NCBI RefSeq assembly: GCF_006345805.1
Contig: NC_043014.1
Coordinates: forward strand, 44,578,001-44,642,000
Length of the DNA stretch: 64,000 nt
DNA from: Octopus sinensis
Lineage: Eukaryota
Direction of reading: 5' to 3'
Shown here: piece by piece, positions 38,091-51,331 of the stretch
Position numbering within the stretch: position 1 is the stretch's first letter
Layout: each line of letters starts with the position of its first letter
Position numbers and translations under genes: made by a program
The notes under the pieces: model-generated
Seen by the model: only the letters and a program-made list of their open reading frames with translations
Told to the model about the DNA's origin: nothing
Databases searched by the model: none

Positions 38091-39385
38091 GACTGGAGGA
38101 AAAGTTGCAGTAATGATTAACACAGACTTAAATGTCATAATACAGCGCTTCGAAATGACTCAGTATTTTTGTGTATTGCGTTTAGATTAGGAGGAGAGTT
38201 GCTGGAAATTTTGTAAAAAGTTCTGAGTTAATGTATTTAAAATACTGGAATTAACAGTATTTCATAGTCGTATAATGTGGTATAAAGTTTGAGAAAGGGC
38301 AAACTGACTTGCGTTATGAATTGATTTCCATAACAGTACAACAAAACATTGGAACATCCAATAGTTAAACACAGAATGCACAAAAGTGAATATAGCTGTA
38401 TAGATTCTGTCTGTGTATGTGTGTGTGTGTAAGAATGTAAAGGTTTCGTAAAAGAATGAGACAAAAATATTGATATATATTTATATATATCTCTCTCTCT
38501 TTACTCTTTTACATGTTTCAGTCATTTGACTGCGGCCATGCTGGAGCACCGCCTTTTAGTCGAGCAAATTGACCCCGGGACTTATTCTTTTGTAAGCCCA
38601 GTACTTATTCTATCGGTCCTTCTTTTGCCGAACCGCTAGGTGACGGGAACGTAAACACACCAGCATCGGTTGTCAAGCAATGCTAGGGGTACAAACACAT
38701 ACACATACATACATATACATATATATACATATATACGACAGGCTTCTTTCAGTTTCCGTCTACCAAATCTACTCACAAGGCATTGGTCGGCCCGGGGCTA
38801 TAGCAGAAGACACTTGCCCAGGATGCCACGCAGTGGGACTGAACCCAGAACCATTTGGTTGGTTAGCAAGCTACTTACCACACAGCCAAGAGAAGTTGAG
38901 ATAATGAAAGTATGCTTACACACATATACATGATATGTATAGAATAATTTCATTATACACACTCAGACACATACACACACACACACATATGTAGACACAA
39001 ACCTCATAAACTTACATTTTTATATTTATATGTATATGCACGCATGGACGTATAGTTAAAAATTCATTTTACAAGTACACATGGTTCCAAGTTTTATCCT
39101 GCCGCATGGTACCTTCGGCAAGTATCTTCTACCATAGACCCTCAAATTGCCTAATGGCCTTTGAGAAAAATTTAGTAGGCAGAAATATTCTAGGAACCTT
39201 TGGCTGAGATACACACACACACACACACATACAGAAACAACGGATAGGGAAGATAGGGTAGAGTGGGAACTTTATCACAATGGTCATTTCGACACATCCT
39301 GCACTGCTTCCGCATGAGTAGCAAACTATGTAATGAATTACAGTGCACCCCACAGTATGAAATTAATGAGGGCATATATATATAT

Positions 39386-39417
<32 letters not shown>

Positions 39418-39859
39418 ATATATATTTATATATATGTATGTGTGTTTATACATGTATGTAAAGTTCCACTAAACTAAAACATAGACCTGTTTCAAATACA
39501 TGTCTAAAAGCTGCTCTTGGCAGGGGTTGGATAGTTTGACTGGATCCAATGGGTCCAAGGACTGCATCATGCTCTAACGTCTGTTTTGGCATGGTTTCTA
39601 CAGCTTGATGCCCTTCCTAACACCATCCACTTTACAGTGTGTCCTTTTTTTTGTGCTAGCAACACTACTGAGATCGCCATGAAGCTCACGAGACTGTGAA
39701 TTTTAGGGGGTTTATGCTAGGGGATACAACTGTGGCTGTCACTCACAATACCAAGTCATTCTTGCTCATATTTTTAAGTGCCTATAAAGCAGTGAGCTGG
39801 CAGAATCGTTAGCACACCAGGCAAAATGCTTTGTGACACTTCATGCATCTTTATGCTCT

Positions 39860-39987
39860 TGTGAAAAAGTGCCACACCCTAACAGTTGAGAGAACCTGTG
39901 GAAGTGGTAGATCCAGGAAGACCTGGGATGAAGTGGTGAAGCATGCCCTTCGAACTTTAGGCCTCACCAAGAAAATGACTAGTGACC
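39860..39987 (+). mobile_element. Internal RTE LINE fragment inside a family B SINE
   Basis: Encodes VKKCHTLTVERTCGSGRSRKTWDEVVKHALRTLGLTKKMTSDR (GRPRKTW-type motif); host SINE sequence continues on both sides. Confidence 0.75.
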
Positions 39988-40624
39988 GAGTTCAAATTCT
40001 ACTGAGGTCGACTTTGCCTTTCATCATTTCAGGGTTGATAAAATAAGTACCAGCTGCGCACTGGGGTTGATGTAATTCACTTTTAACCTCACCCTTAAAA
40101 TTGCTGGCCTTGTGCCAAAATTTGAAAGCAATATTAATATGCAGTCTCAGGCAGTGAGCTGACAGAATCATTAGCACGCCAAGCAAACTGCCTTGCAGCA
40201 TTTTGTCTGTCTTCACATTCTGAGTTCAAATTCCACCAAGGTCGACTTTGCCTTTCATCCTTTCAGGGTTGATAAAATAAGTACCAGTTGAGCACTGGGG
40301 GTTGATGTAATCAACTCGTCTCCTCCCACAAATTATTGCCCTTGTGGCAAAATTTGAAAGCAATATTTTAGGTGCCCGTGTATTTGCAAACAGAGGTAAG
40401 ACAACCTCTCAGCTTTCCCATGCTTAACCCGGTAGAGCATCCAGCATGAGAAAGGCGGGAGATAGCAAAAGTACAGGCTGCACCAGCAATCAACTTTTAC
40501 TTTCATTATCAACTCTGAAAGGATACAAAAAAAAAAGCTAAGTTAACCTCAATGGGAATTGAACTCAGTATTACATTCTATCGAATGCTATAACTGCCAA
40601 TCAACTGCTTTGTTTTTATGTGTA

Positions 40625-40662
<38 letters not shown>

Positions 40663-43600
40663 TTGGGGTTATGTATTCTGGTATAAATTCCTGGTAGTAT
40701 CTATTCTCTAATGGGAGGTAACTCCCCGAAGCAATGTAACTCAATTGGTGAATATAACTTAGCTGTTCAATAAACAGAGATCAATAAAATAAGTACCACG
40801 CTGAAAACAAGTACAAGAATCAATACAATCAACTAAAACCCCTTCAAAGGTGTGCCCCAGCATCACTGAATTCAAGAACTAGAGAAAGGTAGGGTTGGAG
40901 GCTAGATAAGACAACAGCATCAAAGAGCCACGGTAGCTACTTAAAACACATTCATATACTATTTATTTCTTTACTGCCCACAAGGGACTGAACATAGACG
41001 GGACAAACAAGGACAGACAAACGGATTAAGTCGATTAGGTCGACCCCAGTGTGAAACTGGTACTTTATTTATCGACCCTGAAAGGATGAAAGGCAAAGTC
41101 GACCTCGGCGGAATTTGAACTCAGAACGTAACAACAGACCTAAGCATTTCGCCCGGCACGCTAACGTGTCTGACAGCTCAATGCCAACATGCATATACTA
41201 TTATAGTCACTTCTGTTTTATTCTGTAATCTTTCTATTTACAATATGATGCCAAAAGATGCTGTATCACATCTACTGTCTGGTCACTTGCACTTTTCCAC
41301 TGCATCTTCTTGAATACAGTGAACTAGTATTAATGTTTACTTAAAGTAAAACCACAGAGAAATATAAGGACAACATCATCATCATCATCATTTAGCATCC
41401 GCTTTCCATGCTAGCACGGGTTGGACGGTTCAACTGGGGTCTGGGAAGCCAGAAGGCTGCGCCAGGCCCTGTCTGATCTGATAGTGTTTCTAGGGCTGGA
41501 TGCCCTTCCTAACGCCAACCACTCCGAGAATGTAGTAAGTGCTTTTTATGTGCCACCAGCACGGGGGCCAGACGAGGCTGGCAACGGCCACAATCGGATG
41601 GTGCTTTTTACCAGCAACCCAATTCTGTAATATAGGTTCAATTCCTGGTTGAGTCACTTTTTCATTTCACAGTCCTTGTCCTCCAGCTTGTTACTTGCCA
41701 TGGATGGGCTCACCAAGTTAACTTTCTCTCAAAACATTACATAAAGGGAAAAATATATTCTCCAAGGAAAATAGGAAACTGGTCCTAAGCTCCTTACAAA
41801 GTAATGTGGAATAACCATACAGTCATAATGCAAATGATATTTAAATGAACCACTTAAAGTTATAAATGAATGCTGTCTACAAAATCTCACTTCTCCTAAC
41901 CATTTTTGAGTACAAGCCTCTATGTTGTTGCTTAATCTGCAAGAAATAGTAAATTAAGGTGGCGAGCTGGCAGAAACATTAGCACGCCGGGCGAAATCTT
42001 TAGCGGTATTTCGTCTGTCTTTACGTTCTGAGTTCAAATTCCACCAAGGTCGACTTTGCCTTTCATCCTTTCGGGGTCGATAAATAATCGACTTAATCCG
42101 TTTGTCTGTCCTTGTTTGTCCCCTCTGTGTGTAGCCCCTTGTGGGTAGTAAAGAAATAGGTATTTCGTCTGTCTTTACGTTCCGAGTTCAAATTCTGCCG
42201 AGGTTGACTTTGCCTTTCATCCTTTCAGGGTTGCTAAATTAAGTACCAGTTATGCACTGGGGTTGATGTCATCGACTTACTCCCTTTGACTGTCCTTGTT
42301 TGTCCCCTCTATGTTTTGTCCCTTGTAGGCAATAAAGAAATAAGAAATAGTAAAGAAATTGCCAAGAAAGAACATTCCCACTATCTTACAAAAAGGGGAA
42401 AGACACACAGGACATTGTAGTCCTAGATGTTTGAAAGGACAAGGGGGGATCTGCATGAGAGGGACTGATCCGGAGCTAAAGAGCAATATGAACTACAGAA
42501 CTATTTTTAAGCAAGCCTGCTGTTTTATGCTGTAACAGTAACCTAAGAATGTCACAGAGAACTTTGTGCTGCAATAGATAATTTCCAATTAGAATATGGA
42601 AACAGCAGCATTCTAACTGCCACTGCATGTCATGGAAAAACTTTGAATACATCCAACATCAATAAATGGTTCCTCTTAGATAGAAATACAATGCCAAGAG
42701 TAAATAAGGTAAAACACTATCCAGAAGTAAAAAAAAAAAAAACTGTTTAAAACTCATCAATAAAATCATTTTTCTTCAAAATCATCTATTGATCTAACAT
42801 AGTCTGCCGTTACTGCAACAGGCTCTGCTGGCTTTGTCCCAATGCCATTCAAAAGCTACTGCCCCCAGCCTCCACCCCCCCACCCCGACATACCTCCAAA
42901 CATCTTCCTTTCTCTTACCATTTACCTTGAGTCTATTTCATAAGCTCCACACGTTAATCAACTGGAGAAGTTTTTGACTGGCAGAGTGGATAACGTGTTG
43001 GTTCATCACAAAAATTTAAGAGTAGGCACAGGAGTGGCTGTGTGGTAAGCAGCTTTTTTACCAACCACATGGTTCCGGGTTCAGTCCCACTGCATGGCAC
43101 CTTGCGCAAGTGTCTTCTACTTTAGCCTCAGGCCAACCAAAGCCTTGTGAGTGGATTTGGTAGACGGAAACTGAAAGAAGCCCGTCGTATATATGTATAT
43201 ATATATATATATGCGTGTGTGTGTTTGTGTGTCTGAGTTTGTCCCCCTAGCATTGCTTGACAACCGATGCTGGTGTGTTTACGTCCCCGTTACTTAACGG
43301 TTCGGTAAAAGAGACCGATAGAATAAGTACTGGGCTTACGAAAGAATAGGTCCCGGGGTCAATTTGCTCGACACTAAAAGGCGATGCTCCAGCATGGCCG
43401 CAGTCAAATGACTGAAACAAGTAAAAAAGTAAAAGAGAGTTAGTTATAAGTTAAACCACAGAAGAAATATAAGGACAACAGTGTGTGGATAAACTACCAG
43501 CAACCCAATTCTGTAATATAGGTTCAATTCCTGGTTGAGTCACTTTTTCATTTCACAGTCCTTGTCCCCAGCTTGTTATTTGCTATGGATTGGCTGTAAT

Positions 43601-43917
43601 CCATTACAGAGCTATGTGCTGTGTCCTGTCTGAGGAAAAACTAGAGCTCTCATATGGAAGTAGAACAAGCAAAGAAATATAAAAGTGCTTATTGAGTTCA
43701 GAATCCATGCCAGACACTTTGGTGTGCATTCGGGTAGTACACTCCTTGCTTTATATGGTTAACTGTCAGCAACAAAAAAGCAGAATGACTGAAGATGTTA
43801 TTTGGTAGATTATCCAAAAGATTTATCTCTTGTCCACATCAGAAGCCTTTATGCTGTCAGTCAACTGCTAGAAGTAGCAGCCAGGGATAATATCGTTCAT
43901 ATCAATAATATCTTTAA

Positions 43918-44138
43918 CCCTTTCGTTACTGTATTTATTTTGAGATGCTCTGTGTTTCTTCCAATTATTTTGAATGTTACAAAGAATTTAGTAAAATAAC
44001 ATCGTTATCATTGAGCTAGTGTTAGGAACATGAATTGTGACTAAGGTTTGGTGGAAGATTTTAATTCAAAACTTATGAAAATAAGACGTTTATACTAAAG
44101 AGCCAGAGCCGGTTTCAGCTGGGTTGGTAACGAAAGGG
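43918..44138 (+). mobile_element. piggyBac-type MITE family P2 (221 bp)
   Basis: TTAA|CCCTTTCGTTAC...GTAACGAAAGGG|TTAA. Confidence 0.88.
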
Positions 44139-45821
44139 TTAAGGAAAAAAAAAGAGGGAAAGATAAGTTTGAAAAAAAAAAGGAAAGATGTACTGATAGT
44201 CACATTTGGAATGTTTTTGAGTCCTAAAGATCAACTACATCAGAGTAACCCTGTGTAAAGAAAGAAAATAAAAAGAAAAAAGAGAAATAGCTAAACCCTA
44301 GGAAACATTCCCATTTTCGATAGGAAAAAGGGGACAACTTTTAACTCCTTAGCATTTAATCTGTCCAGATCTGGTTCTTATATTCTATCTGTTTTATGTT
44401 CAAAACAGCCAGATTTGGCCTCTCACACATACCCTACAATGCCATTTTAAAAATAAACAGTCACGCCATTGAAGACTTGAAGTTATGAAATTAAAGCAAG
44501 GTTGATTCAAAACAATGTGAATAAATAAGTATTATGTTTGAAAGAATATTCCGAATGCTGAAGGGTTAAAGACAGAAATGGTGGAATAGTTTACAGAAAT
44601 GGACGGATGGAAGCACTCCGTCGGTTACGACGATGAGGGTTCCGGTTGATCCGAATCAACGGAAAAGCCTGCTCGTGAAATTAACGTGTAAGTGGCTGAG
44701 CACTCCACAGACACGTGTACCCTTAACGTAGTTCTCGGGGATATTCAGCGTGACACAGAGAGTGACAAGGCCGGCCCTTTGAAATACAGGTACAGCAGAA
44801 ACAGGAAGTAAGAGTGAGAGAAAGTTGTGGTGGAAGAGTACAGCAGGGATCAGCACCATCCCCTGCCGGAGCCTCGTGGAGCTTTAGGTGTTTTCGCTCA
44901 ATAAACACTCACAACGCCCGGTCTGGGAATCGAAACCATGATCCTACGACCGCGAGTCCGCTGCCCTAACCACTGGGGCCATTGCACCTCCATAGAAATG
45001 GATAAACGATATGTGTAATCATCCTTATTTTATGTTTTTCCCAGAAAAAACAAACTTACTCCTCAGAGATACACTTCCATTATAAATATCCCCAAATTAA
45101 TTATATATCACTTAGAGAGCCAAACTAGATATTAAAAATAGTAATTGTATTTCTTTTGATAAGCCCAAGGTCGGTTTTTGTAGGGGATGGAGTACAATTC
45201 ATTGAACACATCAAGGAAACTTACTAGTACTGAAATTATTGATCACAGATGGATGAAAGGCAAAACAAGCCCCACCAGGATTTGAACTTGGATTGTACAG
45301 AAATAAAAACCGAAACATAATAAGACATTTACTCAGGCATTCTGTGTAGTTTGTGTGACAACTCATTCCTTTATGTGAAATTACTGCCATAGAAAATATA
45401 GGCAGAACCAAAACTGAACTATTCTGCTTTAAACAATTACTTATTGTACAACACAAAATTCAAGTGGGAGTATTCTTTTTGTTGTTCCATTTGAAAAATT
45501 TCACTGCTATTTTCAGTCAAGAGATTCTGCTCATTAAATCTTTCTATGCCAGCTTCTAAGCAACAACAGCCTCAACTCATTGCCCACATAACTAGGAAAC
45601 TAGTACAAGCTTATACAATGAAAGTCAGCTAGTTTGGTAGATTTTTGCACAAAAATTTCCAAGTCGAAAACTGATTTTTCAATCAATCAGCAGATCAATA
45701 CAACGACACAATTACAGCTGCAACAAAACCTGATAAGCACTCTAGCACTTACATACAAGTTGCGACTTGAATGCTTTTACTAGAAATTACTGCTTTCAGT
45801 GAGAAACTGTGTGTGCATATG

Positions 45822-45859
<38 letters not shown>

Positions 45860-45894
45860 CTCCGTCTTTCTCTCATACTTTTCCTCTCTCATAT

Positions 45895-45910
45895 ACATAT
45901 ACATATATAT

Positions 45911-45942
<32 letters not shown>

Positions 45943-46057
45943 GTATGTATATATATATATATAATATGTATATATATATGTGTGTGTGTGTATGTATATA
46001 TATATCATATATATATGTGTGTATATATATCTTATATATATATATAATTATATATAA

Positions 46058-46104
<47 letters not shown>

Positions 46105-46220
46105 TATATATATATATAATAATATATATATATATATATATCTATATATAATATATCTATATATATATATATCTATATATTATATGTATATATATATATA
46201 TATATTATATATATATATGT

Positions 46221-46257
<37 letters not shown>

Positions 46258-46349
46258 GATATATATATAATATATATATATATATTATATATATATATAA
46301 TATATATATATATATGTATATATAATATATATCTATATATACTGTATAT

Positions 46350-46402
<53 letters not shown>

Positions 46403-46607
46403 ATATATATATAGATATTATATATATATATATTATATATTATATATATATATAATATATATCTATATATTATATCTATATATGTATATATATAATATAT
46501 ATTATATATAATATATATATATATATAGTATATATGTATATATATATATATATATAATATATATATATATTATATATATCTATATATATATATATTATAT
46601 ATATCTA

Positions 46608-46655
<48 letters not shown>

Positions 46656-47116
46656 CATATATATGTATATATATATGTATAATATATATATGTATATATA
46701 TATGTATATATATGTATATATATATATTATATGTATATATATATATATATTATGTTATATATATGTATATATATATATATATAATATATATATATGTATA
46801 TATAATATGTATATATATATAATTATATATATATAGTATATATATATATGTTATATATATGTAATATATATATGTGTGTATATATATATCTATATATATA
46901 TATATGTATATCTATATATGTATATATATATATATGTGTGTTATATATCTATATATATATGTATATATAATATATATATATATGTGTGTGTGTATATATA
47001 TATGTATATATATATATGTATATAATATGTATATATATTATATATATGTATATCTATATGTATATAATATGTATATATATATATATGATATATGTATATA
47101 TATATGTGTATATATA

Positions 47117-47204
<88 letters not shown>

Positions 47205-47240
47205 ATATATATATATAATATGTATATATATATATATATA
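45895..47240. repeat. About 1.35-kb (TA)-rich microsatellite block
   Basis: Read directly from the sequence. Confidence 0.95.
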
Positions 47241-50200
47241 AGCTTAATGTTACATACACACACGTGCACACATACCCACTTCTTATCACTTTCTTTTGTA
47301 ACTGCTTTATACTGAGTAGAATAGCAGCAAAGAATCAACACCGAAAACATGTTGACACTTGTTTTAAGTAGCTCTCTACCCTGATCAAACTTATTTACCC
47401 AGCAAGCATTGAACAGCTTCCATCTTTTGTCTTTCGGTAAAGGAAAGAAAAACGATTGAATACAGGAAAAAAAAAAACTGAGGCTAGAAACAACGAACAT
47501 GAACAGAAAGGTTGTTCCTTCAACACTGTAATAATACTTTTCACTAGTAGAGTTAAAAAGACACACACAAACACACGCACACAAACAAACAAATTATAAG
47601 GTTTAGACCAGTGGTTTTCAAACTTTTTGCTAGAGTGGAACCCCAAGGAAACATTCCACTGGCTCGGGGAACCCCTGAGCAATAATTTAATAGCCTTATG
47701 CACACATATAGGCGCAGGAGTGGCTGTGTGGTAAGTAGCTTGTTTACCAACCACATGGTTCCGGGTTCAGTCCCACTGCGTGGCATCTTGGGCAAGTGTC
47801 TTCTGCTATAGCCTCGGGCCAACCAATGCCTTGTGAGTGGATTTGGTAGACGGAAACTGAAAGAAGCCTGTCGTATATATGTATATATATGCGTGTGTGT
47901 GTTTGTGTGTCTGTGTTTGTACACCTAGCATTGCTTGACAACCAATGTTGGTGTGTTTACGTCCCTGTCACTTAGCGGTTCGGCAAAAGAGACCGATAGA
48001 ATAAGTACTGGGCTTACAAAGAATAAGTCCCGGGGTCGATTTGCTCGACTAAAGGCGTGCTCCAGCATGGCCGCAGTCAAATGACTGAAACAAGTAAAAG
48101 AGAAAAGAGAGAAAGAGGATGAAAACTGTATGGCAGCTCTTAAGTGAATAAACATAATCCATATGTTTAGTTGCAAGTATTTGAACCAAGTTTCCCATTT
48201 CCTACTCTCTTTCTGTTACCAGTCTTGAAGGCCCAAGTAAAAAAAAAAAAGGGTTATAAGTGGAGCCTTCCCTCTGCTGACTTAACAATAAATATATTTT
48301 ATATTTCAAATAGCTGTTAACACATTAGTCAACTGAAAAGTCGATAATTTGTATATCCTATCACATACCATTGTGATTATGTCTGGCAAAGACACTTAAC
48401 TCTTATTAGCCTAATTCATTTAACTGCAAATAGGTATTATGAGGTAGTGCAGTTGTATTGCTGAGCACTGTATACAATAAGTTCATCATTATATATCAGA
48501 AAACATTTCATTTACTTAGCTAGGAGGTGGACAATACCATTGGTGGTATTATTATTCAGGGAATAGGAAAAACTTGTCAATCAATGCATATATATATATT
48601 TCTTCACTACACACGAGGGGCTAAACACAGAGGGGACAAACAAGGACAGACAAACGGATTAAGTCGATTATATCGATCCCAGTACGTAACTGGTACTTAA
48701 TTTATCGACCACGAAAGGATGAAAGGCAAAGTCGACCTCGGCAGAATTTGAACCCAAAACGTAACGGCAGACGAAATATGGCTACGCATTTCGCCCGGCG
48801 TGCTAATGTTTCTACCAGCTCGCTGCCTTGATGCATATATATAAGACTCAGAATGGCTGAACGGATATGGTAGCTCAAAGGTCCTCAGTTCAAATCCACA
48901 GTGGATGTTCCTTTGCATATTTTTTCCAGTTCAGAGTGTCAGACAATGTACCTAATGTTTAGTTCTGGCCCTTTATGTTCTGAGTTCAAATTCCGTTCAG
49001 ATCAACTTCTCCCTTCATCTGCTCACAGTCAATAAAATGAAATACAAGTTAAGTATTATGATATAACCTACATGTGAATGGAATTGTAATAAAAGAAGGA
49101 GCTAATTCTACATGTTTCGGTTCATATATCTGCCTGGAACAAATTGCACGTCATCTAGGAGGCATATAAAAAGCACCCACTACACTCACGGAGTGGTTGG
49201 CGTTAGGAAGGGCATCCAGCTGTAGAAACACTGCCAGATCAGACTGGAGCCTGGTGCAGCCTTCTGGCTTCCCAGACCCCGATTGAACTGTCCAACCCAT
49301 GCTAGCAGGGAAAACAGACATTAAACGATGATGATGATGATGATAAAATGGATGGTTAAATGTTTTAAAACAGGAGCCACTAAGTTCCGAACTAGCTACT
49401 GTATTAAGCATTAATTTCTCTGTGCCAGCTCAATGGAAAATTAAACTAGAAAATTAATTTTGCTATTAGTTTACTAATGAAGTTTATCTCAGATGGCCAT
49501 CAATATCATTGATTCTACACTCTTTGTTCAAATTGGTTTACATCGACTTTCTCCACATCTGGTCTTCTTCAACAGTTCTATCAGCTCTGGATCTCTCAGA
49601 CTAAGTCTAGATGTTCAAGTACTTCAGATGGTTCTGTAAGTAACTAGTATCTATGATCCAAGCAATGACATTTCACACTCAGATGCCATGAAAACTTTTT
49701 TAATAATTAAATTCTTTCTTCAGACAAAAACATTATATTCTTTATATACTGGCTTCCGTGCCGATGGCACGCAAAAAGCACCATTCAAGCGTGATCGTTA
49801 CCTGCGTTGCCTTACTGGCACTTGTGCTGGTGGCATGTGAAAAAACATTAGAGTGAGGTCATTACCAGTGCCGCTGGACTGGGTCCTGTACAGGTGGCAC
49901 ATAAAAAGCACCATTTGAGCATGGCCATTGCCAGTACTACCTGACTAGCCCTCGTGCCGGTGGGTGGCACGTAAAAGCACCCACTACACTCTCGGAGATT
50001 GAAGCTTTAGAATAGAGAAGAAAAACACAGAGTGGTTGATGACAAAATGAGAAGGTGACACATCTAGTAGTTTTGAGAGTGGACAGAGCATAACTGGTAT
50101 GTTTAAAAGGAAAGAGTTTGTAGTGGCTAAGGTAGAAGAGCTAGAAAAAAAAAAAGAAAACAATTCATATCTAAAGGCTCCAGAGGTTATCAATCAGGCA

Positions 50201-50912
50201 GATGTATTTCTTAATGAATGCAATTAAACATGTCAGGTTATCTGATACTGACATGAATTCCAGAAGCAAAGGAACTTGGTTGAATGTTGGCATGAAGAAT
50301 ATTTAACAATTTTTCTGAATCAACCCCGAGGTTAGCATGTTTTATTTGTCTTTGCTTTTTTTTGTTTTTTTTTTCTTTATATATTTCTGTTGGAGAGAAT
50401 GAGATTTTCCTAGCTAGACATCATTTAGTAATATCATTTGCATCATTGATGTTTATTTGTAAAGGTTACGGCACTAAAGAAAGGACAGACATTTATCATC
50501 TTAAGTTTCTGGCTTTTAACTTAAAACTGATAATGTTTACGAAACATAATTAGTTATTACTTTATTAAGTTCTCAGATAATGTCATTCAGTATTGAGGTG
50601 GAACATAATTGCTTGTAATGGAATAAATATTTTCAAAATGATATTTCTAATATTACCAAAGAAATCTTTACTGATGTAACAGAGTAACCGAAACAAGATG
50701 GTTGGTACTTTGTAAAAATTTGCAAGTAATTTATATTCATTTCTTTGTAACTCTTAGAAGAAGAAATAAACCCATAGTTTTTGTAGGAAATGGATTAAGT
50801 AACAACAGATGTCCACAAATCAACTCTGATGGAAACAGAATAAGTTCAGAGGGATATGATAGTATTTTTGAAAAAGCTATGCTAGTCCTTAATAGAATAC
50901 AAATATGATTTC

Positions 50913-51331
50913 GGATCTTTTCGGTTTGAATGGCAGTTTTTTCTAGCAGTGTCATATGAAAATGTCACCCATAATTATGACCCTAGTATCGATCTATTGC
51001 ATTTCAATCTGTTTTAGGGTTAGTTAGGGTTAGGGGTGGGGGAAGGGTATCTTTTTTTCTTCACAAATGTAAATAAACCCAATCTGTTTCTTAAACGAGG
51101 GAATATTCATACCGCACAGAATGTTTTTTACCTCAATAGACGTCAGTGATTGGTTGAAATTGCAGAAATTGAAGAAAAAAAACAACAAATATCTTACAAA
51201 CTATAGAATTTTCTCAATAAAGCCAAGAGAAAAAGATGTTTTATAAACACATTCTACCAGTATACGAAGTTTAAAATTTTTTAGTTACCTAGAAATTATG
51301 TTAAAAACTGCTGTTCAAACCGAAAAGATCC
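50913..51331. mobile_element. Merlin-type (or hAT-type) MITE with internal TTAGGG-like repeats
   Basis: TIRs of about 29 bp, GGATCTTTTCGGTTTGAA../..TTCAAACCGAAAAGATCC; perfect 8-bp TSD ATGATTTC (50905-50912, 51332-51339). Confidence 0.8.

Noticed and set aside
37449-38190. 229-239 aa repeat ORFs (mucin-, extensin- or VVRAK-like)
   Set aside because: Minisatellite with unit lengths divisible by 3; no unique flanking coding sequence.
50702-50908. Plus-strand ORF RRNKPIVFVGNGLSNNRCPQ.. and other isolated 60-90 aa ORFs (e.g. 47054-47584, 58056-58268)
   Set aside because: No recognisable motif and no frame-consistent partner exons found.
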